Assembly (NCBI RefSeq): GCF_004010195.1
Contig: NC_057759.1
Coordinates: 3,462,376 to 3,497,698 of the forward strand
Reading direction: 5' to 3'
DNA: 35,323 nucleotides
DNA from: Chiloscyllium plagiosum
Taxonomy: Eukaryota
Of this stretch, positions 23,610-34,570 are shown piece by piece; the first letter of the stretch is position 1, and every line of letters begins with the position of its first letter. The notes under the pieces were generated by a model that searched no databases, was not told the DNA's origin, and saw only the letters and a list, made by a program, of their open reading frames with translations. A program made the position numbers and the translations under genes.

Positions 23610-24140
23610 ATCTGTTATTATATGTTTAGACAGCCTCTAAACATTTGATTAGCCAACAGACTTAAACTCAATTGTGTGTGTATGCATTCCATATATAAAA
23701 ACAACCCGAACTCCTCGTTATGATTCTAATATTGAACTCACTCCTGAGTCTCTGTTGTTATGTACATGCAACACCTCAATACCCTCGACGAGATTCCAGA
23801 CTCTAAATCACTTTCTGGTATGAGTTATTCTGCCTGTAATCCACCTCAAAGCCCTCAATTAGATTCCAGTTTGTAACTCACTCATATATATCTGTTATTC
23901 CATACAGAAATCATGAAAAAACCTCTTGATTAGAATCCAAATTGCAACTCACTCCCGGGTATATATATAAACTACCCGAACCCCCTCGATTAGATTCCAA
24001 TTTGTAATTCATTCACATATATCTTTGACTGTGTGCATGAACCACCCAAACCCCTTGAGTGCATTGCAGTTTGTAGCTCACTCCCAATATCTGTTAATGG
24101 ATATAAATGCAATCTAAACCCCTCAATTAGATTTCAGGCT
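23610..24140. repeat. Degenerate minisatellite of about 70 bp (second family), about 7 units
   Basis: Recurrent AACCCCTCGATTAGATTCCA.TTTGTAACTCACTC...TATCTGTTATT. Confidence 0.85.
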
Positions 24141-24329
24141 TGGACAATGCTTTACCCGCTCAGTTACCATCTCTACATTCGAATGTCCTTTGGCGTGTGA
24201 ATGTTTTACTCTGTTCTCCTGGAATATCTGTAAATTGCCACCTCTTTCCTTTAGCCATTTTGATTTAGTTCATGTCATCCATTTCTACTGTGCAATTACG
24301 TAAAGATTCCTCACTTCCCTTGTTCAATC

Positions 24330-24845
24330 CTCTGGGAATAACTGGCAGTCCATCAGCTGTTCCCCTCATATTTGGTGACACCATCAGGTTAGCTTCAGAG
24401 ATTTGTGTAGACAGATCTGGAAAGTAAATGTAATACCTTAGAAAGAACAAGAATAAAGGTGCACATGTGACAATCGTACAGGTATCTGGTAATACATGCA
24501 CATTCTGTCTCTCTCTCTCTCTCCCCCGCCCCCTTTCTCTCTGTCTCTCTCTGACACACACACACACACACACACAGAGTTAATGAGCGAAATGGAATAA
24601 AAAAAAACACTAGTAATCTAATTTTCAAATTTTAAAGCTGCATTAAAGAATCCCTGGATGTCAAATGTACACAAAACTTTTCCACACCTTTGTCAGGCTC
24701 AAGGCTAACTTTCCCCGACACTGAGAGGCTCATATATCAGACTCCAGATTGGGATCAAACGCTCAGATTGGGAACAGGTTACAGAACATGGGATTAGGCC
24801 GACTGTCCAAGTGAATGTTCAGAACCAGAAATCTAATAGACAGTG
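24330..24845. repeat. Old duplicated segment, copy 2
   Basis: Colinear with 21010-21475. Confidence 0.85.
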
Positions 24846-27800
24846 TGGGCGAGCACGAGTGAGACAGTGATAATATCTTGTAGAGACAGTGTTTGCATGC
24901 GTGCGAGAGCCAGTGTGTGCATGCGAGAGATAGTGTGTGCATGCGTGAGAGAGGGAATGCGTGGGCAAGAAAGTGTGTGACTTGTGTGCAAGAGAGAGTG
25001 TTGGTATGTGTGGCCAAAACACTGTGTTCATGCATCAGAGAGATAGAGTGTGCGTGTGCGAGAAAGTATGTGTGTGTGTGTGTGAGAGAGAGAGAGCGAG
25101 AGAGAAACAGTGTGCATATGTGTACGAGAAAAATTGTTTGCATGCATGACAGAGATAGTGTGTTCGTATGTGTGTGTGTGTGCGCACATTAGAAACATTG
25201 TCTGTACACGGAAGGGAAACAGTTTGTGTGTAAGCATTAGAGACATTGTGTGCATGCACATGAGAGAGTGTGTGGGCGCATGTGAGAGACAGCATGTGCG
25301 TGTGCAAGATAGATACTGAATGCATGCACGAGAGGGTCAATGTGTGCATACGTGTGGGAGACATTGTGTGCATGCACGTGAGAGATACTGTATTCATGCA
25401 CATGAACAACAGTGTGTGTGTGCATGTGAGAGGCAGTATGTGCATGCGTGCGTGCACAAGAGACAATGTGTGTGTCCGTGTGAAAGCAAGTGCATGCCTG
25501 CATGTGAGAGACCATGTGTGTGGCGCGAGAGAGGCAATGTGCATTTGTGTAAGAGTCAGTGTGTGCATGGACGAGAGTGGCAGCGTGCACATGTGCATAA
25601 GAGACAATGTGTGTGTATGCAAGACACAATATGTAATACATGCATGAGAGAATGTGTGCGTGAGAGAAATTGTGCGCATGCGTGTGAGAGATAGTGTGTG
25701 CGTGTGTTTGCGAGATTGTGTGCGCATTTGTGAGAGAGTCAGTGTCTATGTGCACGTGAGACAGTGCTTGCATGTGAGAGGTATTGTGTGCCAATGTGAG
25801 ACAGTGTCTGCGTGCACTAGAGAGACAATGTGTGCGTTTGTGAAAGTGACAGTTTGTGTGTGTGCCTGAGAGACAATCTGGGCATGCACGTAAGAGACAG
25901 TGTGGGCGCACAAGAGTGGCAGCAATGTGAGTGCATGTGAGAGACAGTGTGTGTGTGCGTGAGTGTGTGCACGAGTGAAAACGTGTGCATGCGCGAGACA
26001 GTGTGTGTGCGCGCCAGGGAGGCAGTGAATGCATGTGCAAGAGAGACAGTGAGTGCATGCGTGAGATAGTTTGTGCTGGTGCATGCGCGAGGTAGTGTCT
26101 GCACGCATGAGAGAGGGTGTGTGCGTGCAAGAAACATGGTGAATATATGTGCAAGGAAAATCGTTTGCGTGCATGACAGAGACTGTGTGTTTGTGTCTGT
26201 CTGTGTGCGCGTGCATTAGACGCATAATCTGCATGCAGAAAAGAAACTGTGGTGTGTGAGCATTAGAAACATTGTGTGCATGCATGAGAGGGACAGTGTG
26301 TGCATGTGCATGAGAGAAAATGTGTGCATGTGTACGTGACAGTGTGCACATGCATGTGAGAGATAGTGCGTGCTTGTGCATGAATGAAAGCATGCATGTG
26401 CATGAGAGACAATGTGTGCATGCACAAGGGAGACTGTGTACGTAGCATGAGAGACAATGTGATCTTGCAAGGGAAAGGCAGTGTGTGCATGCACATGTGA
26501 GATAGGGTGTGCATATACGTGAGACACATTGTTTGCGTGCACACAAGAGACAGTGTGCATCTGTGAGATGGTTTGTGCGTATGCATGAGAGACAATGTGT
26601 TCATGTGCTAGACTGATAGTATGTGTGCGTGCAGGTGAGACAGTATGTGCGTGCAAGTGAGAGAAAGTGTGTGCTTGCACATGAGAGTGTGTGTGTGTGC
26701 ATGAGAGACAATGTGTGTTTGTTCAAGAGAGACAGTTTGTCTATGCATATGAGAGACGTGTGCATGCCAGAGAGACTATGTGTGCATGTACATGAGGGAC
26801 AGTGTTTGCCTGTGCATGTGAATCGATTTGTGCGTGTGTAAGAGAGGGAGTGTGTGCATGGGAAAGACTGTGTGTGTGCGTGCTCTTGCGAGACAATCTG
26901 TGCATGTGCAGGAGAGACAGTGTGTTCTTGTGTGTGAGAGACAGTGTTTGCGTGCATGAGATAGCTTGTGCATTGTCATGAGAAACAATGTGTGTATGCA
27001 CGAGAGACACATTGTGCCTGTGTGTGAGCGCAAATATTTGTGTGCATGAGAGGCAGTGTGTGCATGCGCATGAGGGACAATGTGTCTATGTACATGAAAA
27101 AACAATTTGTGCATGCACTAGAGAGACAGTGTGAGAGTGTGCATAAGAGATAGTGTGTCCATGTGTGTGAGAGATATTGTGTGGTTGCACATGAGAGAGT
27201 GTGTGCATGTGTGCAAGAGAGACAATGTGTGTGTGTCCAAGAGAAACAGTGTGCGTTTGAGTCTGAGAGACACTCTGTGAATGCACGAGAGACAGTGTGT
27301 GCGTACACATGAGAGACAATATGTGCATGCTTGTGCGATGTACTGCTTGCATTCAGGAGACAGTGTGTGGGTGCAATTGTGAATCAGTGTGTGCATGTAA
27401 GAGTCAGTGTGTGTGTACATGAAAGAGACTGTGTGCGCATGTACATGTTTGACGGTGTGTGTGCACGCATGAGAGACAGTGTATGTGCACATGAGAGAAA
27501 ATATGTGCATTTATGTGAGAGTAGTGTGTGTGTGCGCGTGTGAAGTGCTGTGTGCGCGTGTGAAGTGCTGTGTGCGCGTGTGAAGTGCTGTGTGCATACA
27601 CAGGAGATGCAGTGTACGCATGCATGAGAGGGACAGAACATACGTGCACAAGAGAGACAGTGCATGTGTGTGAGAGACAGCACATGTGAATATGCGAAAA
27701 ACTGTGTACATGCAAATGATAGACTTTGTCTGCCTGCGTGCGAGAAAGTGTCTTTGCATGTGAATGAGACAGCAAGATACTGTACATGCGTGAATGAGAT

Positions 27801-27950
27801 TGTGCATGCACGAGAGAGAAGTTTGTGCCTGTGTAAGGGAAAGTGTTTGAGTGAGCACGAGAGACAGACTTTGTGCATGGTGAGAAAGAGGGAAATAGGG
27901 AATGCGCATGAGAGCGAGAGAAACGGTGCATGCATGTGCTGGAGGGAGAG
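24845..27950. repeat. 3.1 kb low-complexity tract of roughly 22-26 bp TGTGTGCATG-GAGAGACA units
   Basis: Alternating (TG)n, CATG and (GA)n blocks. Exact 20-mer repeated three times at 27531-27590. Confidence 0.92.
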
Positions 27951-27951
27951 A

Positions 27952-28600
27952 GAGGCATATAGTATGCTTGCCTTCATCGGACGGGGTATTGAGTATAAGA
28001 GCTGGAAAGTCATATTAAGATTGTATAAGACATTGGTTCGGTCGCATTTGAAGTACTGTGTCCTGTTCTAGGTGACACATTACCAAAAGGATGTGGACGC
28101 TTTGGAGACGGTGCAGAGAAGGTTTATGAGGATGTTGCCTGGTATGGAAGGTGCTGGCTATGAAGAGAGGTTGAGTAGGTTAGGTTTATTTTCACTAGAA
28201 AAAAGAAGATTGAGGATAGACCTGATTGAGGTTTACAAAATCATGAAGGGTATAGACAGGGTGGATAGAGACAATCTTTTTCCCAGGGTGAAGGATTCAA
28301 TAACGAGAGGTGATGCTTTCAAAGTGAGAGGCGGAAGGTTTAAGGGGGTTACATGCAGTAAGTACTTCACACAGAGGCTGATTGGCGTTGGGAACGCGTT
28401 GCCAGCAGAGGTGTTAGAGGCAGGCACAGTAGATTCATTTAAGATGCGTCGGACAGATGCATGAGTACGTGGGGAGTAGAGGGATACAGCTGCTTCGGAA
28501 TTGACCGACAGTACATTTGGATCGGCTCAGTCTTGGAGGGCCGAAGGTCCTGTTACTGGGCTGTAAATTTTCTGTGTTCTTTGTTCTCTTTGTCCTTTGT
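27952..28600 (+). mobile_element. CR1 LINE 3' fragment
   Basis: AYSMLAFIGRGIEYKS...LYKTLVRSHLKYCV and LETVQRRFMRMLPG; TTCTTTG-type tail. Confidence 0.92.
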
Positions 28601-28926
28601 TATGCATTTTTGAGCAAAAGAGAATGGATCTACAAATATAATTCTACACACACAAATTCACAGACTTTCATCTGTGTGCATGTGCAGGAAAGAGAGTGAG
28701 AGCGAGAGAGAGGAAGAGCATTTGTGTGTGTGTTTGCGAGTGTGAGTACATATGAAAGAGTATGTGTTTGTGTGTGAATGTGCACTGGGATCTTCGTAAT
28801 TTTCCTTCAAAACACTCTCTCTCCCCTTTTCGACTAACCTTCTCTCTTTTTATCATGAGGAACTTATTTTTTGGAAAGCTGCACGTGAGGATCCAAAAAA
28901 TTCAGGACCAAGAAAGCCTTGGACAA

Positions 28927-29395
28927 TGTTGACGAAAACTGTCAAAACTCAGACCCTGAGAACTGATTAGTTTATTACACAATATATCATGGGGAATTCA
29001 CCGTCCTAACTGTGGCTCGGTGTTATTCTGAAGTATATCAGGATACGACAGGATTATATATAGAAAACATATAGGAGCTGATCGTTAATTACACAGTTTG
29101 GTATGCTTACAAGTTGGTACTAAATCAGAGGTTAGTCATTAAGGTCAAAACTAAAGCACTATTATGTATTCTACAAGTGGACAGAACAAATGGAATCACC
29201 ACCTATGCTAGTTACACAGATTGCCAACACTAAGCAGAAATGTCCCTAATTAGCTGAATGACCATGAAGTGGCAATAACTCATGAAGGAAGTGGGACTAA
29301 TTGGCAAGTCGATGTCAGCTTGACTGGTTCTACAGCCTGCACTGATCATTCATCAAAGAGAGGAACATTATCTTGACACCTTAGGAACATAAGGC
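28927..29395 (-). mobile_element. Partial copy of the ERV LTR, interrupted by the young CR1
   Basis: Near-identical to 31509-31977. Confidence 0.75.
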
Positions 29396-30358
29396 GAACC
29401 CGGGAGACTACAGCTAAGGTAAAACAGTTTGTTTCAAAATTACTTACCTGTAGCGGGCAGCGGTGTTTTTTATTCTCTCTTCACAAAAAGAGCGGGAGCA
29501 GTAGAGGAAGTGACGGCAAGCAGAGGGGCAGCCGGGAAGGAGAACTGTGAGTATAAATACTCACCCTTTAATCACCAACGGTCATTTGAGTGGGAGCAGC
29601 GGAAATGAGGTTGGAGCACATAGCTGGGCGGGAAGGTAAGTGATTAGTATTTGAGTGGGTGTGTTCTAGACCCCAGGTCCTACTTCCGTAGGGCCTCCCT
29701 CCCACCCTCCTCTAACCTAACTTTAAAGTCCACAGGTAAGTGACTCAGTGTTATTGACTCAGTGTTCTTGTTTTTGGAGAAGCAGCGCAGGCAGTGGAAT
29801 GTTCCTCCTGCAGGATGTTTGAGGGAGGGGTGACCACCGATACTCCTGCCGACTTCGTCTGCAGGAAATGCAGTCAGATCCTGATCCTCACCGAACGAGT
29901 TAGGGAACTGGAACTGGAGTTGGATGAACTGAGGATTATTCGAGAGGCTGAGAGGGTGATTGATAGAAGCTACAGGGACATAGTAACGCCGGAGAACAGA
30001 GGTAGCTGGGTAACAGTTAGAGGTGGGAAGGGGAAGAAGCAGGCAGCACAGGGTTCCCCTGTGGTCGTTCCCCTAAAAAAAATAAATATACAGCTTTGGA
30101 AACTGTTGGGGGGGACAGCGTTGCAGGTGTAAGCTGCAGTGAAGGGGTCTGTGCCCCTGAGACCCAGAAGGGAAAGGGGGAGAGGAGGAGAGCGCTAGTT
30201 ATAGGGGACTCTCTAGTTAGAGGGACGGACAGGCGGTTCTGTGGACATGGGCGAGACTCACGGATGGTTTGTTGCCTCCCGGGTGCTAGGGTCCGAGACG
30301 TCCCAGACCGTGTCTTCAGAATCCTTAAGGGGGAGGGCGTGCAGCCAGAAGTCGTGGT
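29396..30358 (+). mobile_element. 5' end of a young CR1 LINE (5' UTR and ORF1), running into the gap
   Basis: CpG-retaining UTR followed by a well-preserved ORF1 homologous to the decayed ORF1 at 16331. Confidence 0.9.
29794..30358 (+). CDS. CR1 ORF1p, partial: zinc finger, coiled coil and SGNH esterase; one frameshift at the A8 run 30075-30082
   Basis: CSSC...CRKC, LTERVRELELELDELRII, ALVIGDSLVRG, VCCLPGARVRDV. Confidence 0.85.
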
Positions 30359-30772
30359 NNNNNNNNNNNNNNNNNNNNNNNNNNNNNNNNNNNNNNNNNN
30401 NNNNNNNNNNNNNNNNNNNNNNNNNNNNNNNNNNNNNNNNNNNNNNNNNNNNNNNNNNNNNNNNNNNNNNNNNNNNNNNNNNNNNNNNNNNNNNNNNNNN
30501 NNNNNNNNNNNNNNNNNNNNNNNNNNNNNNNNNNNNNNNNNNNNNNNNNNNNNNNNNNNNNNNNNNNNNNNNNNNNNNNNNNNNNNNNNNNNNNNNNNNN
30601 NNNNNNNNNNNNNNNNNNNNNNNNNNNNNNNNNNNNNNNNNNNNNNNNNNNNNNNNNNNNNNNNNNNNNNNNNNNNNNNNNNNNNNNNNNNNNNNNNNNN
30701 NNNNNNNNNNNNNNNNNNNNNNNNNNNNNNNNNNNNNNNNNNNNNNNNNNNNNNNNNNNNNNNNNNNNNNNN
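30359..30772. other. Assembly gap (N run)
   Basis: 414 N. Confidence 1.
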
Positions 30773-31977
30773 GCTATGAAGAGAGGTTGAGTAGGTTAGG
30801 TTTATTTTCACTAGAAAAAAGAAGATTGAGGATCGACCCTGTATAGACAGGGTGGATAGAGACAATCTTTTTCCCAGGGTGAAGGATTCAATAACGAGAG
30901 GTGATGCTTTCAAAGTGAGAGGCGGAAGGTTTAAGGGGGTTACATGCAGTAAGTACTTCACACAGAGGCTGATTGGCGTTGGGAACGCGTTGCCAGCAGA
31001 GGTGTTAGAGGCAGGCACAGTAGATTCATTTAAGATGCGTCGGACAGATGCATGAGTACGTGGGGAGTAGAGGGATACAGCTGCTTAGGAATTGACCGAC
31101 AGTAGATTTGGATCGGCTCAGTCTTGGAGGGCCGAAGGTCCTGTTACTGGGCTGTAAATTTTCTGTTCTCTTTGTCCTTTGTTATGCATTTTTGAGCAAA
31201 AGAGAATGGATCTACAAATATAATTCTACACACACAAATTCACAGACTTTCATCTGTGTGCATGTGCAGGAAAGAGAGTGAGAGCGAGAGAGAGGAAGAG
31301 CATTTGTGTGTGTGTTTGCGAGTGTGAGTACATATGAAAGAGTATGTGTTTGTGTGTGAATGTGCACTGGGATCTTCGTAATTTTCCTTCAAAACACTGT
31401 CTCTCCCCTTTTCGACTAACCTTCTCTCTTTTTATTATGAGGAACTTATTTTTTGGAAAGCTGCACGTGAGGATCCAAAAAATTCAGGACCAAGAAAGCC
31501 TTGGACAATGTTGACGAAAACTGTCAAAACTCAGACCCTGAGAACTGATTAGTTTATTACACAATATATCATGGGGAATTCACCGTCCTAACTGTGGCTC
31601 GGTGTTATTCTGAAGTATATCAGGATACGACAGGATTATATATAGAAAACATATAGGAGCTGATCGTTAATTACACAGTTTGGTATGCTTACAAGTTGGT
31701 ACTAAATCAGAGGTTAGTCATTAAGGTCAAAACTAAAGCACTATTATGTATTCTACAAGTGGACAGAACAAATGGAATCACCACCTATGCTAGTTACACA
31801 GATTGCCAACACTAAGCAGAAATGTCCCTAATTAGCTGAATGACCATGAAGTGGCAATAACTCATGAAGGAAGTGGGACTAATTGGCAAGTCGATGTCAG
31901 CTTGACTGGTTCTACACCTGCACTGATCATTCATCAAAGAGAGGAAACACTATCTTGACACCTTAGGAACATAAGGC
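30773..31977 (+). repeat. Near-identical second copy of 28157-29395 (CR1 3' end, flank and LTR part)
   Basis: A few substitutions and small indels; begins exactly at the gap edge. Confidence 0.95.
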
Positions 31978-32081
31978 CTACCTTTCACATTACCTCATTG
32001 TAAGGAATGCACAGCCAGCAAAGTTCTGGGGACACAAAATGGTTTCTCAGCCTGATTAGGAAAATGCCTTCCAGTACTGTA
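31509..32081 (-). mobile_element. ERV 3' LTR
   Basis: Follows the polypurine tract. TATATAA at 31636-31642, AATAAA at 31553-31558, ends ...GTCAACA at 31509. The 5' TG is not intact. Confidence 0.7.
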
Positions 32082-33521
32082 ATCCCTCCTTTTCCTTTTC
32101 ATAATCAGTAGAGCGGAGGTTTGACGGCATAGGGCTATGAGGCTCAATGGTGACACGAGTGCTCATCGGGAAGATAACCTTAAATAACTGAGCTATAGGT
32201 GGGGTAGAGGGTAGCAGTAATGAGCACCAGCGTGCGCAGCACTGTTTGAGGAAAACAATCAGGAGCATGATGACCACTAGGGCAATAAACAGCACTGCGA
32301 GACCCTGAAAAATGGCACTCCCCAAAGACCCGAACCACCTGCCCACCCAGGTCCAAAGATCCCAATGGGGAGTTGGCGGATGAAGCCTAGTGGCCGCCTC
32401 TCGGATGTGGTCAGGAAGATTGGTGATATTTTCACTGGCAACAGGCAGAGCCAATGAGGGCACATGTGCACCCCTCCTCGGCCAGTAGGTAATCCAGACC
32501 ATTCCGGTTCTGGAGGGCAACCGTGCGAAGGGTAACCATCTCGGTATTAAACACTTTAATGGCTAAGGCTGTGTAATTGGCCACCTTCTCGAGGAGGGAT
32601 GCCAGGTGCCTGGCTTTGATGGTCAGTCGGTAGGTCCCGTAGAAAGGGGTGGATACTGCTAGGAACTGTTTCAATGAAGGTAAAGCCTCTTCTGGAGCGA
32701 GTCTTGAGCTGCTCGAATGGGGATAAGTGGAAATGGTAGATGAAGGGGACTACATACCGAACGTAGCAGCTACCAACCTAGGTGACTGGCAGCCAAAGGT
32801 AGGCCTCATGGCCACAAATGAAATAGGTGCAATTATAGGTACCTAGACGGTCCGTCTGGGTGCCAGTCCAAAAGGTTCTAAAAGTGGTGTTACCCAAAAT
32901 CTTATTCGGGGTCTTAAGGTTGAATATATTGCCTCTTATAGTGGACAGGATAGGCTTTGAGGTAAGGAGCAGGGAATAGTTGCAAGTGCTGTATCCAGCA
33001 ACTCACCCACCGGAAGAGTCTCTCTTAAAACAAACAGTTCCCAGGGGTGTACCCAGCCCCATGGTATTCGTAAGGACCAGGGCAGGCGGTGTAGGAGAGA
33101 GGTTATACCGGGGCTGGAACCAGCCTTTGTACTTGTCCAAGGTATAAACCGCTGATTTCCAGTGAGGACTACTGTTATCTTTCTGGGCAAGGCCCAATCT
33201 CTGGAACCCACTGGGAAGCCGCATCGTGGCCACCTCGGAGGACCGATTCTGCTCCAATCACCATTCAGCGATGTTAGATTCATTGAATGGGATGGGTCGG
33301 AGAGGGATTCTACTTGAGAATGAATGGCAATGTGAGCACATACCCAGCAGTGGGAATGGTTAATCTCTTTCGCATTGTTATAAGTCATATGCAGGAAGGT
33401 GTTAGTATGTAACTCGCGAATGATAAAGTGCCCATTCAAACCCCACCAGGGGATACAGAGCTAGGAGGGACACAGAGAAGAAGCAGATTGTCACTCCCCA
33501 GATGCCACAGCCAGCGGGCAT
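32056..33521 (-). pseudogene. env: Frameshifted gamma-type retroviral envelope gene
   Basis: Signal-like MPAGCGIWGVTICFFSVSLLAL (ATG 33521), CWVC (33338-33349), YFICG..AY.WLP, furin site RSRR (32688-32699), ISD LQNRNGLDYLL (32483-32515), CX6CC CALIGSACC, and a hydrophobic anchor. Confidence 0.93.
32083..32100 (-). promoter_or_regulatory. Retroviral polypurine tract
   Basis: GAAAAGGAAAAGGAGGGA between env and the LTR. Confidence 0.8.
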
Positions 33522-33574
33522 GCTGGTACTTCCGGTGTCTGTTGTTCAAGTGTTTTCTGGTCAGGTTGTTCAGG

Positions 33575-33668
33575 CGAAGGCGCTCTTTTGCAATGGGTAG
33601 CGTGTGTCCATTCAGGTACTCCGCCATTCGGGTCACGAGGAGACGAGGTATGGGCCTTTTCACCTAGG
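33575..33668 (-). pseudogene. pol: Retroviral integrase C-terminal remnant
   Basis: R*KGPYLV, LLVT and EWTHATHCKRAP match WKGPYxVLLxT...WxHASHCKR, with frameshifts. Confidence 0.8.
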
Positions 33669-34489
33669 AGAAGGAGAATTCTTTTCAAAGATTTTATCAT
33701 CACATATTCTGCACTGCATGACAAAAAATAAAAGTCCTTTTCCTCTTCCCTACCACTAAAGCATGGCAGAAGTACTGCTAATCATCACAATACAGAGCAG
33801 GGGAATGTTCTGTCTACATCAGAAAACAGAAATGAATTATCATTTCTGTACAAGGAACATTATGGTCAGTCAGGTCCAATGCAGATGAATTGTTCACCAC
33901 CATTTCACTTAGTTGCAAATGGACTCAGTTTACACTGATTGTTACTTCAGCAGTGTTCAGAAAAGTACATCACTGTGCACTGAAACAAAAATTGATTGCA
34001 TTCTGAAGACCAACATTCTATATCATTACTTTGTTAGATTCTGCACTATCCAAGATACAAAAGGTCCATTGTGTTTCCTACCTTGACACTGAAGAGCAGC
34101 ACAGAATCCTTTCTGTTGCAGTGTGTTAAGTTTTCACTTGCACATGATTCTTACGGGCACTAACAAACTTCGGCTGTTTCCCATTCGCTACAGGAGACAT
34201 GTGGGGTCAGTCTGTATCTCAGTTCAAGAGTAAACTCACTCTCACTCAGCCACTGGGTGCTGAAAGGAAAATAATAAAATTTGGCCTCAATTATTTCCAG
34301 ATATGAATTGACTCTCAACATCACTTATCAGGATATGCAGCGCCTGATAAAGTCCACTCTACGTGCACGTACACGCAATGTAAGAAATAATTGAGACTGA
34401 AATGCAATAAAATTAAGCATCATTGAAAAGAGTTTATGCTACACTCAGACAAAAAAACCGACAACTGAACATAGGTGAATGAGATCCAG

Positions 34490-34570
34490 TAAATCTCCGA
34501 TGACCCCTCTCCACAGCTTGAGGGTCCTTCCTGAAATAAAGTGCCCAGAACTGAACACAAATGTGATCTG
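34490..34570 (-). mobile_element. CR1 relic
   Basis: CVQFWALYFRKDPQAVERGHRRFT. Confidence 0.75.

Noticed and set aside
23610..24140. CRISPR-like array
   Set aside because: Units are degenerate along their whole length with no unique spacers; eukaryotic context and no cas genes.
24763..28013. Many long His/Thr- or Cys/Val-rich ORFs
   Set aside because: By-products of the stop-poor low-complexity tract; they are open in several frames on both strands.
30073..30083. Programmed -1 frameshift at the A8 run in CR1 ORF1
   Set aside because: A homopolymer indel or sequencing error is simpler; CR1 ORF1 is normally one frame.
30017..31018. 333 aa and other ORFs spanning the gap
   Set aside because: Artefacts of translating N.
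32056..33521. env as a domesticated syncytin-like gene
   Set aside because: Multiple frameshifts and stops.
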